A stretch of 64,000 nt of DNA, from the NCBI GenBank assembly GCA_964016885.1, contig OZ024741.1:193998001-194062000 (forward strand), given 5' to 3'. Source of the DNA: Eledone cirrhosa (Eukaryota). Shown here one piece after another: positions 25,704 through 40,182 of this stretch (position 1 is the first letter of the stretch; the number at the start of each line of letters is the position of its first letter). The notes below the pieces were generated by a model, which ran no database searches, was not told the origin of the DNA, and was given only the letters and a program-made list of their open reading frames with translations. The translations under genes and the position numbers were made by a program.

Positions 25704-25952
25704 GAAATATTTGAACCAATGAAAAAATGTTTGATTGAAGAAGTAGAGCCATCAAGAAACATTAATACTACTACTAGTACTAATTTCAATTCCACTAATA
25801 CTGCTGCTGCTGCTGCTGCTGCTACTATGTTTAGTAATAACAGTGGTGAGAAGGGTGTTAGAAATTTAAACCTGAGCTCTAATGACCCTGAATTATCTGA
25901 TCGATGGGTTTTCCCTACAGCAGATTTTCTTGCAAAGGTAACCCAGAAATAA
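25704..25952 (+). CDS. Host gene terminal coding exon (EIFEPMKKCLIEEVEP..DRWVFPTADFLAKVTQK*)
   Basis: ttttacag| acceptor, phase 0, open to TAA at 25950-25952. AATAAA at 26316-26321. Confidence 0.75.
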   Translation, partial: EIFEPMKKCLIEEVEPSRNINTTTSTNFNSTNTAAAAAAATMFSNNSGEKGVRNLNLSSNDPELSDRWVFPTADFLAKVTQK

Positions 25953-26460
25953 CAGAGATTCTTTAAGCAAAGAATTCAGTGAGAATGATGATAAAGGGAA
26001 AAATAGAGAAGGTTGTGTTTCTGAAAACTTTGATGAGTTGTAGTGCACCTGAGCACTGTACACAATAATTTCATTATTATTATTTAAAAAGGAACTATTT
26101 GAAAATTGTGGGAACAGATGAAGTGAGAATGAAGAGGAGAAAAAAGAAAAATAACAAATTATTTGTCTGTTTGTATAGCTACATACACACACACATACAT
26201 AAATACATGTGCATATATATATATGTGTGTGTGTGTGTGTTGTAGTGGTGTATCATATATTGGTATAATAGTAAAACATTATCTAATATAGAGTTCCATA
26301 TGGAATGTAGAGTCAAATAAATATATTTTGTATCATAAGAGATAAGTTACTTATTCATTTCATCTTTTTAGTGATTCTACCAGTCATTTATGATATTACT
26401 CTACAACAATATTGAGTATTCTACTATTGTTCATGCAATTTAATTTGCAGTATATATATA

Positions 26461-26797
26461 TGGCTTAGTGGTTAGAGCATTGGCCTTGCAATCGAAAGGT
26501 TGTGAGTTCAATTCTCAGACGGGGTGATGTGTTGTTTCCTTGAGCAAGACACTTTATTTCACATTGCTCCAGTTTACTCAGCTGTAGAAATGAGATGATA
26601 GGGACTGGGGTCCCTATCATTCCACTGCAAAGTGGTCGTGGAGGTGCCACGGCATAAAAGCACCCAGCACTCACTGTAAATGAGGTTGGTGTTAGGAAGG
26701 GCATCCAGCTGTAGAAATCAAGCCAGAATCAGTTCCCGTCCCACCCTTGCAAGCAGGGAAAAGCGGACGTAAAATGAAATGATGATGATGATGATGA
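26461..26797 (+). mobile_element. CORE-type SINE, near full length
   Basis: Differs from 19961-20298 at only a few positions. Confidence 0.9.
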
Positions 26798-27169
26798 TAT
26801 ACACTAATGCCCATTTTAAGGATCAGTGTGTTGGTATAATTGGTCAGACACACTTATCATGAAATAAGAGGTGTGGGTTTGACTCCTACACATGCTGATG
26901 TCCATTTTTTCATTATGGTGGTTCATATGCCCTAATATTAGACTATTTTCTACAGTCAATTTATAGTGAAAGCTTCTAATTCTATTTTTAAATTTTCAAT
27001 CTCCACCATATCCTAATTTGTGTGACAGATTGAGTAAACAAAGACACTCACAATAAGTGACCTCCGGTAGATCTATAGCAGCAATGTGGATTCTCCAAAT
27101 TCTATATCGGTGTTCACTACCAGCTTGTTTATATGCTTAAAGTGAGGTTTTCTTGATCTTTTATCATGA

Positions 27170-27295
27170 CTAGGTTTCCATAGCAATAACTACTTCATCA
27201 TCTTTGCTTCTGTAACAGTGACCAATGAACTTCAGTCTTCGTTGGTGTAATGTAGTTGCTATTGGTGGTATATTGTTATGAGTGCTTCTCACAAA
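27170..27295 (-). mobile_element. RTE-X-like LINE scrap
   Basis: TLHQRRLKFIGHCYRSKDDEVV. Confidence 0.6.
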
Positions 27296-27359
27296 AATAT
27301 ATACATTGAACAAAGAAACAGAAAAACAAAACCAGGACACAATATGATATACATACACA

Positions 27360-28450
27360 TACAACAGATGCACTCTTTTTAGTGAGACAACTACAAGAGA
27401 GGTTCTTAGAGAATAATAAGCCACTATATTTAGCTTTTGTTGACCTAGAGAAGGCCTTTGATAGTGTCCCGATCTGTCATCTGGTGGTCCCTAAGGAAAC
27501 TAGGTGTAGAGGAATGGCTTGTGAGGACAGTGCAAGCTATGTACAGAGGAGCTGTCAGTAAAGTGAGAGTAGGAATGGAGTTTAGTGAGGAATTCCAGAT
27601 ACAAGTAGGAGTTCACCAGGGTTTGGTCCTCAGCCCATTCTTATTCATTATAGTTCTCCAAGCCATAACAGAGGAGTTTAAGACTGGCTGCCCATGGGAA
27701 CTTCTCTATGCTGACAATATGGTACTTATAGCAGAATCAGTAGAGGAGCTAGAGAATAAATTCTGGCTATGGAAACAGCAGTTGGAATCAAGAGGACTGA
27801 GAGTGAACCTAGCAAAGACTAAAGTGTTGATATGTAGGAAAGAGGACAAAACTCTGATTCCATCAGGGAAATGGCCATGTTCGATATGTAGAAAAAGAGT
27901 TGGCATAAACTCTATAGAATGTACACAATGGAGATCTTGGGTACACAAGAGGTGTAGTGGGATAGCAGGCAAACTGACAAAAGGTCAGTTATATGATGCC
28001 TGTGTGAATTGCACGATGCTGCATGGTAATGAGACAATGAGACATGGGCAGCAACTGTGGAGGATATGCGCCGGCTGGAGAGAAATGAAGCAAGCATGCT
28101 CTGATGGATGTGCATGACTGACCAAGCATAGATGAGGTTTTTTTTGAGAGTGAAACTGTGTAAAAGAGGGATAAACTTTAGTGTGCTGGAGAGAAGACTG
28201 TCTTGGTATGGCCATGTGATGCGCATAGATGACCGCTAGGTGAAGAAGTGCCAAGAAATCCCTGTGGAAGGAAGACACAGTAGAGGACAACCATGAAAAA
28301 CATGGGCAGAGGTGGTGAGAGCTGACCTCAGATCACTGAAGCTCACAGAGGAGATGACAAGGGACCATGACAAATGGAGAGATGCTGTGCTGAAGAGGAC
28401 CCATCCCACCCTTGCAAGCAGGGAAAAGCAGATGTAAAATAATTATGATA
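27360..28450 (+). mobile_element. RTE LINE 3' part with internal deletions
   Basis: Closely similar to 34352-35722, with the same tail. Confidence 0.92.
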
Positions 28451-29095
28451 CATATATAAATATGAAAATAGATAGAATTCTAGATATATATAGAGAAAAA
28501 TATATAGATGTAGACAGGATATTTATATAGATACATACTTTAATAATTATTTGCAATATCATTATCATTTTTTAAACAATGCTAGGTTCTCAATGTAAAA
28601 TGTTGGCCAGATATTGAACATATTGAGAAATGAGACAAATATTTAATACATCACAGAAGTTTTACAAGAATACTGAGGCATTCAACTAGATGATCAATCA
28701 AAAATGGTCAACTTTGTCTTCCAGAAGATTCCTGCAACAACCGATATATAAGTAATGATATGGTAGTTGGATAAGATAGTAGTAATGAAATCTTGGGAGA
28801 TTTGGCAGAGAAAGAATAAATAGAAAAATTATATGAGGCTAAGGCAGTGGTCAAGGTTACTGACCATAAGGTTATCATTTCAGATCATAAATGATTGTCA
28901 TTGTTGTGCCCTTACAAAAGAGCACATAACTCTTCTTAGAACTTCCACATAGTGTTTTGCTCTGCCCTGCTAAAGATGGCAGTCCAATTTACCCCAAACC
29001 ACACTCCCTTTAAAAAGGAAGGACATATTAGATAATGTAGTCGTATATATATGTTTAGAGTAATATATGGGATTGGTACAGTTTAGATACATTTC

Positions 29096-29283
29096 ATTAG
29101 GGATCTATAGGATAGGTGTTGACCTATGACTAAACATTTGATTAATTAGGGATCTATAGGATAGGTGTTGACCTATGACTAAACATTTGATTAATTAGGG
29201 ATCTATAGGATAGGTGTTGACCTATGACTAAACATTTGATTAATTAGGGATCTATAGGATAGGTGTTGACCTATGACTAAACA
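29096..29283. repeat. 49-bp tandem repeat, about 3.8 copies
   Basis: attagggatctataggataggtgttgacctatgactaaacatttgatta repeated almost perfectly. Confidence 0.95.
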
Positions 29284-29658
29284 ACTCAAGGTTTGACTGA
29301 AGGAAAAACAGGCCCCAGAGTTGACTGGCTGGCAGTTGGGTGGGGCACAGATAGCCTATCACATGGAAAAATAGATGTAGATAGGCCATCACAAAAATAA
29401 TAAGTGTATATAGACCATTCCATAGAAAACTGATGTAGTTAGACCATTAGAGAGAATAGATGTAGTTAGGCTATCATTTAGAACAACATATATAGACAGA
29501 CAGTTCCACAGTTATATAGATGTAAGCCTTAGTTTACATATAGGGATAAATCATAGAAGGTTGTAGCTTCATTGATCTACCTATAGTTCATTTATCTATT
29601 CTCCAGCCATACATTGTTGAACAAGAAGTACTAGATGACAAAGTGAAGAGTTGAGAAT

Positions 29659-32340
29659 GCATATTGTGTCAGTAGCAACATGTTGTGTTAGTAGCAGCAT
29701 ATTGTGTTAGTAGCAACATATTTTGTCAGTAGCAACATATTGTGTTAGTAGCAATATATTGTGTCAGTAGCAACATATTGTGTTAGTAGCAACATATTGT
29801 GTCAGTAGCAACATATTGTGTCAGTAGCAACATATTGTGTCAGTAGCAACATATTGTGTCAGTAGCAACATATTGTGTTAGTAGCAACATATTGTGTCAG
29901 TAGCAACATATTGTGTCAGTAGCAACATATTGTGTCAGTAGCAACATATTGTGTTAGTAGCAACATATTGTGTCAGTAGCAACATATTGTGTCAGTTACA
30001 GCATATTGTGTTAGTAGCAACATATTGTGTTAGTAGCAACATATTGTGTCAGTAGCAACATATTGTGTTAGTAGCAACATATTGTGTTAGTAGCAACATA
30101 TTGTGTCAGTAGCAACATATTGTGTCAGTAGCAACATATTGTGTTAGTAGCAACATATTGTGTCAGTAGCAACATGTGTCAGTAGCAACATATTGTGTTA
30201 GTAGCAACATATTGTGTCAGTTACAGCATATTGTGTTAGTAGCAACATGTTGTGTCAGTAGCAACATATTGTGTCAGTAGCAACATATTGTGTCAGTAGC
30301 AACATATTGTGTTAGTAGCAACATATTGTGTCAGTAGCAACATATTGTGTCAGTTACAGCATATTGTGTTAGTAGCAACATATTGTGTTAGTAGCAACAT
30401 ATTGTGTCAGTAGCAACATATTGTGTTAGTAGCAACATATTGTGTTAGTAGCAACATATTGTGTCAGTAGCAACATATTGTGTCAGTAGCAACATATTGT
30501 GTTAGTAGCAACATATTGTGTCAGTAGCAACATATTGTGTCAGTAGCAACATGTGTCAGTAGCAACATATTGTGTTAGTAGCAACATATTGTGTCAGTTA
30601 CAGCATATTGTGTTAGTAGCAACATGTTGTGTCAGTAGCAACATATTGTGTCAGTAGCAACATATTGTGTCAGTAGCAACATATTGTGTCAGTAGCAACA
30701 TATTGTGTCAGTAGCAACATATTGTGTCAGTAGCAACATATTGTGTTAGTAGCAACATATTGTATTAATAGCAACATATTGTGTCAGTAGCAACATATTG
30801 TGTCAGTAGCAACATATTGTGTTAGTAGCAATATATTGTATTAGTAGCAACATATTGTATTAGTAGCAACATATTGTATTAGTAGCAACATATTGTGTCA
30901 GTAGCAACATATTGTGTCAGTAGCAACATATTGTGTTAGTAGCAACATATTGTTTCAGTAGCAACATATGTTAGTAGCAACATATTGTGTTAATAACAAC
31001 ATATTGTGTCAGTAGCAACATATTATGTCAGTTACAGCATATTGTGTTAGTAGCAACATATTGTGTCAGTAGCAACATGTTGTGTCAGTAGCAACATATT
31101 CTGTTAGTAGCAACATATTGTGTTAGTAGCAACATATTGTATTAGTAGCAAGATATTGTGTCAGTAGCAACATATTGTATTAGTAGCAACATATTGTGCC
31201 AGTAGCAACATATTGCATTAGTTACAGCATATTGTGTCAGTAGCAACATATTGTGTTAGTAGCAACATATTGTGTCAGTAGCAACATATTGTGTTAGTAG
31301 CAACATATTGTTTCAGTAGCAACATATTGTTTCAGTAGCAACATATGTCAGTAGCAACATATTGTGTTAGTAGCAACAAATGTCAGTAGCAACATATTGT
31401 GTTAATAACAACATATTGTGTCAGTAGCAACATATTGTGTTAGTAGCAACAAATGTCAGTAGCAACATATTGTGTTAGTAGCAACATATTGTGTCAGTAG
31501 CAACATATTGTGTTAGTAGCAACATATTGTGTCAGTAGCAACATGTTGTGTCAGTAGCAACATATTGTGTCAGTAGCAACATATTGTATTAGTAGCAACA
31601 TATTGTGTCAGTAGCAACATATTGTGTCAGTAGCAACATATTGTGTTAGTAGCAACATATTGTGTCAGTAGCAACATATTGTGTCAGTAGCAACATATTG
31701 TGTCAGTAGCAACAAATGTCAGTAGCAACATATTGTGTTAGTAGTAACATATTGTGTTAGTAGCAATATATTGTGTTAGTAGCAACATATTGTGTCAGTA
31801 GCAACATAGTGTGTTAGTAGCAACATATTGTATTAGTAGCACCATATTGTGTTAGTAGCAACATATTGTGTTAGTAGCAACATATAGTGTCAGTAGCAAC
31901 ATATTGTGTCAGTAGCAATATATTGTGTTAGTAGCAACATATTGTGTCAGTAGCAATATATTGTGTCAGTAGCAACATATTGTGTTAGTAGCAACATATT
32001 GTGTCAGTAGCAACATATTGTGTCAGTAGCAACATATTGTGTCAGTAGCAACATATTGTGTCACTAGCAACATATTGTCAGTAGCAGCATATTGTGTCAG
32101 TAGCATCATATTGTGTCAGTTACAGCATATTGTGTCAGTAGCAACATATTGTGTCAGTAGCAATATATTGTGTTAGTAGCCACATATTGTGTTAGTAGCA
32201 ACATATTGTGTCACTAGCAACATATTGTGCCAGTAGCAGCATATTGTGTCAGTAGCAACATATTGTGTCAGTGGCAACATATTGTGTTAGCAACATATTG
32301 TTAGTAGCAACATACTGAGTCAGTAGCAAGATATTGTGCC
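29659..32340. repeat. 19-bp minisatellite (agtagcaacatattgtgtY), roughly 140 copies
   Basis: Direct reading; there are no unique spacers. Confidence 0.97.
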
Positions 32341-33162
32341 CATGAGCCAGACACAACCCTATTCAATCTAGTTATAAGCTGTTTGTATGCTTTGCCCCAG
32401 GTCATCCAAAATAAAATAGACACACTTATGATCTATGACAATTCCAGCCACCACCATAGGCTCTTCTCCTGTAATAGTGTATCGTGGATAACATTCTTTG
32501 CTGTTTTTAGAGATTTGACTGCTATTTTTAGCAGTAATGCATTGAATGAGCTTTTTTATTGAGAAACATGATCATTACATATTTAATATGTATCGATACA
32601 TTTACATATTATATAACTACTCCAAATTTTATTAATTTGTTTGAGTTGACTGATTAAGACAAGTTTTTCGGAGCTATTTCCAGCACCTATAATATCTTGT
32701 CCTCTTTATATCTGTCCTCACTTTTTAAACATTGTTTTCACACCATGTGAATGCAATTTGAAATTCCTCTGGTCAGAGATATAGCTTTTTGTATAGCGTG
32801 AGACAAATATTAAGTCAATCTCCACTAAAATCTTGTCTTTTAATGCCTTACCAAAATCGACAGTTGGTAATTGATAATCGATTACTTTTTGCATTAATCT
32901 TTGATTTTATGAAATGGCCGTCTGAAGATCGATAAATTTACTATCACTTTAAAGTATGTATATTTTCCTACATATTATTTGCTATATATATGAATGCAAA
33001 ATGCTATGTGTTTCTCAAAAGATATATGCCTTTTTCTCCTCTCTCTGTATATATCTTTAAACTTGTATAATCGTTGCTCTGAACTAAGGTCCATTGAATT
33101 TTTTTATTGAGAAACATGATTGATACCATTACATAGTATATATATATATATATATATACTAT

Positions 33163-33700
33163 GTAGGTGTCACAACAAAAAACACCCAGCCCACACTGTA
33201 AAGTGGTTGTGCAATCGTCACAACAAAAAAGCACTCAGTAAATGAGGTTGGCATTAGGAAGGGCATCTAGTTGTAGAAACCAAGCCAGAATTAGTCCTGT
33301 ATGAGCAAGACATGGTCATCTCACCTAGCATTGCCCACAACAGGAAAACCCATCTAACGCATGCTAGAGTGGAAAATGGACGCAAGACGGAGGAGATGAT
33401 GATATATGTATATACACACAAATATATATATATATCTGTGTGTATGTTACATTGGTACCATAAAACATTCCACCTTCTCTGTGAAGTGATCATGTAGGTG
33501 TCATGACAAAAACCACCCAGTACTCACTGTAAATGAGGTTGGCACTAGGAAGGGCATCCAGCCATAGAAAACCAGCCAGAAACAGTCCTATATGAGCGAG
33601 ACATGGCCACCTGACCCAATTTGCCTCTAAATGGGACAAACCTGTCTAACCCATGCTAGTGTGGAAGATGGATGTTAAACAATGATGATCATGGTGATAA
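33163..33700 (+). mobile_element. Two SINE 3' halves
   Basis: 33163-33402 and 33494-33698 each carry ggaagggcatc..catgctag.gtggaa..(gat)n. Confidence 0.7.
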
Positions 33701-34286
33701 TATATCAACAAACATCGTGTATATGAAGTCAATATCTTGACCTTTCACAAAACGTTGAGGGAATAAAGCCAATATAAAGAATGGAGTGCTCATACACGGA
33801 GATGCCAGAAAATAGCTAATAAAACAGGGTGAAGAACCCCAAAGCTAAAAAATACATATTAATTAAAAGAGTAAATCATTATGTACAGACCAACCTTCTA
33901 AAACTATAAAACACCTGGACAAACTCCAATAAGAGAATGTTTCGCCATAAAAAGTGTCGATTCCATGCCTCTTAGGGCTTCTCAACAGGTGTAAAGACAG
34001 TATGGTCCACACTTCTAAAACTACTTCAGACAACTGATTTACTCTTTTAATTAGTCCCATAACTCTTGAAGGAGACGTAAGGGCTCTGATTTGACATAAA
34101 ACATGACTAAGGCATTTTGAAACTTGGCAGAGCCCATCTCCTCTCCAGGTCTGAATACTTCATGAAAAATATAGACTGAGTGAATAGAAATGAGAAAAAG
34201 AGATATAAAGTAAGAATCGACCCCAGTACTAGACTGGTACTTTTTTTATCATCTTTAAAAAGATGAAAGGCCAAGGTGACCTTGGG

Positions 34287-34351
<65 letters not shown>

Positions 34352-34354
<3 letters not shown>

Positions 34355-35722
34355 TTTTGTGCCTGGGAAGAGTACAACAGATGCCCTCTTCTTGGTGAGA
34401 CAAATGCAAGAGAGGTTCTTAGAGAAGAATAAGCCACTATACTTAGCCTTTGTTGACCTAGAGAAGGCCTTTGATAGGGTACCCCGATCTGTCATCTGGT
34501 GGTCCCTAAGGAAGCTGGGTGTTGAGGAATGGCTTGTGAGGACTGCAAACTTTGTACAGAGGTACTCTCAGTAAAGTCAGGGTAGGAATGGAGTTTAGTG
34601 AGGAATTCCAGATACAAGTAGGAGTACATCAGGGTTCGGTCCTCAGCCCGCTCTTGTTCATTATAGTCCTCCAAGCCATAACAGAGGAGTTTAAGACTGG
34701 CTGTCCATGGGAACTTCTCTATGCTGACGATCTGGCTCTTATGGCAGAATCAGTAGAGGAGCTAGAGAATAAATTCCGGCTATGGAAACAGCAGTTGGAA
34801 GCAAGAGGACTGAGAGTAAATCTAGCTAAGACAAAAGTGTTGATGAGTAGAAAAGAGGACAAAACCCTGATTCCGTCAGGGAAATGGCCATGTTCGATAT
34901 GCAGAAAAGGAACTGGCATAAATTCTATAAAATGCACACAATGTAGGTCCTGGGTACACAAGAGATGTAGCGGGATAGCAGGCAAACTAACAGGTAGGGA
35001 GAAATATGTATGCAGTAGATGTACAGGGAAATTAGACAGTAGAAGTCGCACTGATAGACACATTTTTCAAATGCGAGAGGGCGCTATAGAAGTGGTGGAT
35101 AGCTTCCGGTACCTAGGAGATCAGATTAGCATGGGAGGAGGGTGTTCCGAGGCCATAGTATCTAGAATAAGGACGGGTTGGAAGAAGTTTAGGGAGCTGC
35201 TTCCTCTGTTGACGAAGAAGGGTTTCTCCCTGCGTACGAAAGGCCGGTTGTATGATGCCTGTGTGAGGAGCGCGATGCTGCATGGTAGTGAGACATGGGC
35301 AGCTACCGCAGAAGATATGCGACGGCTGGAGAGAAATGAGGCAAGCATGCTCCGTTGGATGTGCAGTGTAAATGTGCGTGAACGACCCAGCATAAATGTG
35401 TTGAGAGAGAAACTGTGTCTGAGAGGGATAGAATGTAGTGTACGGGAGAGGAGACTGAGGTGGTATGGACATGTGATGCGCATGGAGGATGACCGATGGG
35501 TGAAGAAGTGCCAGGAAATGCCAGTTGAAGGAAGACGTGGTAGAGGTAGACCACGAAAAACATGGGCGGAGGTGGTGAGAACAGACCTCAGATCATTGAA
35601 GCTCACGGTGGAGATGACGAGGGACCGTGACGAGTGGAGAGATGCTGTGCTGAATAAGACCTGTCCCACCCTTGCAAGCAGGGAAAAGCGGACGTAAAAT
35701 GATGATGATGATGATGATGATG
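34352..35722 (+). mobile_element. Young 5'-truncated RTE LINE
   Basis: GFVPGKSTTDA, AFVDLEKAFDRVP, GVHQGSVLSPLLF, LLYADDL, a Cys-rich finger and a (gat)n tail. One frameshift near 34547. Confidence 0.95.
34552..35697 (+). CDS. RTE reverse transcriptase C-terminal half (381 aa open)
   Basis: YADD motif followed by CSIC..CTQC..WVHKRC..CSRC. Confidence 0.85.
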   Translation: MYRGTLSKVRVGMEFSEEFQIQVGVHQGSVLSPLLFIIVLQAITEEFKTGCPWELLYADDLALMAESVEELENKFRLWKQQLEARGLRVNLAKTKVLMSRKEDKTLIPSGKWPCSICRKGTGINSIKCTQCRSWVHKRCSGIAGKLTGREKYVCSRCTGKLDSRSRTDRHIFQMREGAIEVVDSFRYLGDQISMGGGCSEAIVSRIRTGWKKFRELLPLLTKKGFSLRTKGRLYDACVRSAMLHGSETWAATAEDMRRLERNEASMLRWMCSVNVRERPSINVLREKLCLRGIECSVRERRLRWYGHVMRMEDDRWVKKCQEMPVEGRRGRGRPRKTWAEVVRTDLRSLKLTVEMTRDRDEWRDAVLNKTCPTLASREKRT

Positions 35723-35751
35723 TTATACTTGGGGAGGGTCATATTGTTGTA

Positions 35752-36032
35752 ATAATATTGCCAGAATTAATAACAGAACACACTCACTGTTTGGTTGGTT
35801 TTCGCTTCTGTATTTTTTATATCAGTTAATTTATTCGGTCCTCAATGTTTACCATTGACTGACCAACGGTCAAAAATAGATATAATATAGATATAAACAC
35901 ATAAAGATGGCGTAAATATACAATACAACAGGAGGAACATAATAGCACCACTGACGATGTTGCAGATGTGCAACGAAAGAACTTTGTTAGACTATATATA
36001 TGTGTTTATATCTATATTATATCTGTATTTTT
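35752..36032. mobile_element. Solo Penelope terminal-repeat fragment in fold-back form, with a hammerhead-like motif
   Basis: 35755-35903 matches 43236-43395 directly, and 35904-36030 matches 43370-43500 inverted. CUGACGA u GUUGC..GCAAC GAAA at 35951-35978. Confidence 0.7.
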
Positions 36033-38221
36033 TACCATAAACTTAATGAAAATTTAAAATATATAAATAAAGGCTTTTGCCATCCTCCTATAGTTTTTAA
36101 AAACCTTATCCCTAACATTAGCCGTAGGATCTCCACCCTCTCTTCCTCAGAAGCTATTTTCAATAAGGCATCCCCCTACTCTCTAGCAGTTAAAACTAAT
36201 GTAGGCAAAAAATTCCTAGAGCTCTTAGATAAACACTTCCCTAGAACACATAGATACTATAAGATCTTCAATAGAAACTGTGTCAAAATTAGCTACTCGT
36301 GCGGTCCCCCTATTAAATCTTATATCATCAATAAGAAATCACCCAGAGAACATCAAAATTGCTCCTGTAGAGTCAAAAGTGAATGCCCATTACAAGGTAA
36401 ATGCAACACCAAAGCCATTGTATATGCGGCTAAAGTGACAACCATCAGCAACAACCAACCAGCCACCAGCGAACGATATGTGGGTATGACACAAGACAAA
36501 TTCAAAACGCGTTATTACTCACATGTCGCATATTTCCGACATCCAGAAAAAAGATTCACAACAGCTCTGGCTAGCAGAATATAGGATTTGAAAGACCAAG
36601 GTATCCAATATAAATTGGATTGGTCAATTTTGAACCAATCTAAAGAATATGCAAGAGGAACAAGAAGATGCACACTCTGCATAAGTGAAAAATATTGGAT
36701 TTTACAGAACCTTAAATCACCAAAAACCTGCCTAAATACAAAAACAGAAATTTTCACCAGTTGCCCACACATGAAATCACACTTGCTTTCATATAAACTT
36801 AACTCACTTTCAGATACTTATCCTCCATAAACTCTTATTCCTCACTTTCCTTAAATTATCCTCTTTACAGATTTCTCTTTCTGATTTACTTTCATTTTTA
36901 ACTTTATTTTAAATTTTATTTTTATTTTTACTTCACATCCACTAGTACCCCCCCCCCCACCCCCTTTTCGATTCACTTACCTAATATCTTCACATTCCAC
37001 ATTTTACTTCCCCATTTTCTTTCACTACCTGATACCACAGTCACTTGCGTTTTCCACGCCAGATATATTCTGTTGCTTCGCAGCCGATTTTATATTTGTA
37101 CTCATTTATTCATATGGCTGATTTATAATCTGTATCTATGTGTCTGAGCGTGCTTAAATGTGTATACGTTCTGTGTATGTATACGAACGCCTCCGTATGT
37201 GTGCGTGCGTACGTATATATATGTATGTATGTATGTTTTTATATCTATGTTTTTTACATTCTTATTTTTACGTGTGTGTGTATGCGGGTGAATGTGTGTG
37301 TATGTGTATGTATATGTGTATATATGTATATGTATGTATGGGTGTGTATGTATATGTGTATATATATATATATAGTCGCGTACTTACGTGTGATTAGATA
37401 TACATTAGATATATATATACGTGCCTCGTATGTATGTACGCATGCATGCGCTTTTGTCTGTACGTATTTGTGTGTATAAATATTTTTATATATATATATG
37501 TGTATGTACGTGCGTACCTATGTTTGTTTTCTTTTCTCTAGTGTTAATTGATTACTTTCTCTTTGATTTAAAAATGTTTTCATTCTCATATATTGTTTCA
37601 TTTTTATACATATATCGAGAATGACACTTCTTTTTACTATTACACTCCCTTCCCTCTTTATCTTCCGCATATAAGTGACCACGCGTGTGTGTGTGTGTTT
37701 ATACGCGTGCTTTCATACTCGTATGTGTATTTAATACCTGTATCTGGATGCGTGTCAACTATATCATCATACTATTTCTTTTTCTACTCATATTATATAC
37801 GTATTTGTGGTCACATATACACAAATATACTTGCCCTCATATATGTATTTACGCACACATTTTCACCATACACATGCATTTGGACATACACACATATGTA
37901 CATTTGTGAGTGCATATACATACATATACACATACCCTAACTATATTTCCTTATATTTTTTTCTTATATATATTTTCTTATATTTTTTTATATATCTCTT
38001 GCATTACTTTTATTTATATATTTTTTGCATTTCTTGAGGAGACTTTCCAAATATTTCACTATGTTTTAAATTGCCTCGTCCGGCGAACGAATGAGGACGT
38101 TTTTCGTATTCGTCTTATTCGGGAAACCTCTGGTAATGAGGTAATTATATTGTATTGTTTATTATACATTAAATTTTGCTCTGGTACTTGCATAGAGCAC
38201 TCTTCACTCCTATGACTTTTT

Positions 38222-38222
<1 letters not shown>
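36032..38222 (+). mobile_element. Penelope-like element 3' part (RT thumb, GIY-YIG, 3' region)
   Basis: HPPIVFKNLI..IFNRNCVKISYSC..CSCx5CPL..IVYAA..YVG..CTLCISE..CPH. Degenerate hammerhead at 38071-38144 (stem I cctcgt/atgagg, core reads CCGGCGA). Confidence 0.88.
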
Positions 38223-39980
<1,758 letters not shown>

Positions 39981-40053
39981 AATATATATATATATATACA
40001 TATATATATACATATATATATATATATACATATATATATACATATATATATAC

Positions 40054-40114
<61 letters not shown>

Positions 40115-40115
40115 C

Positions 40116-40180
<65 letters not shown>

Positions 40181-40182
<2 letters not shown>

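Noticed and set aside
29659-32340. Possible CRISPR array
   Set aside because: Head-to-tail 19-mers with no unique spacers, no cas genes and a eukaryotic context.
34719-35669. Antisense ORFs over RTE copies (also 9225-9737 and 54959-55801)
   Set aside because: Shadow frames of the RT coding strand.
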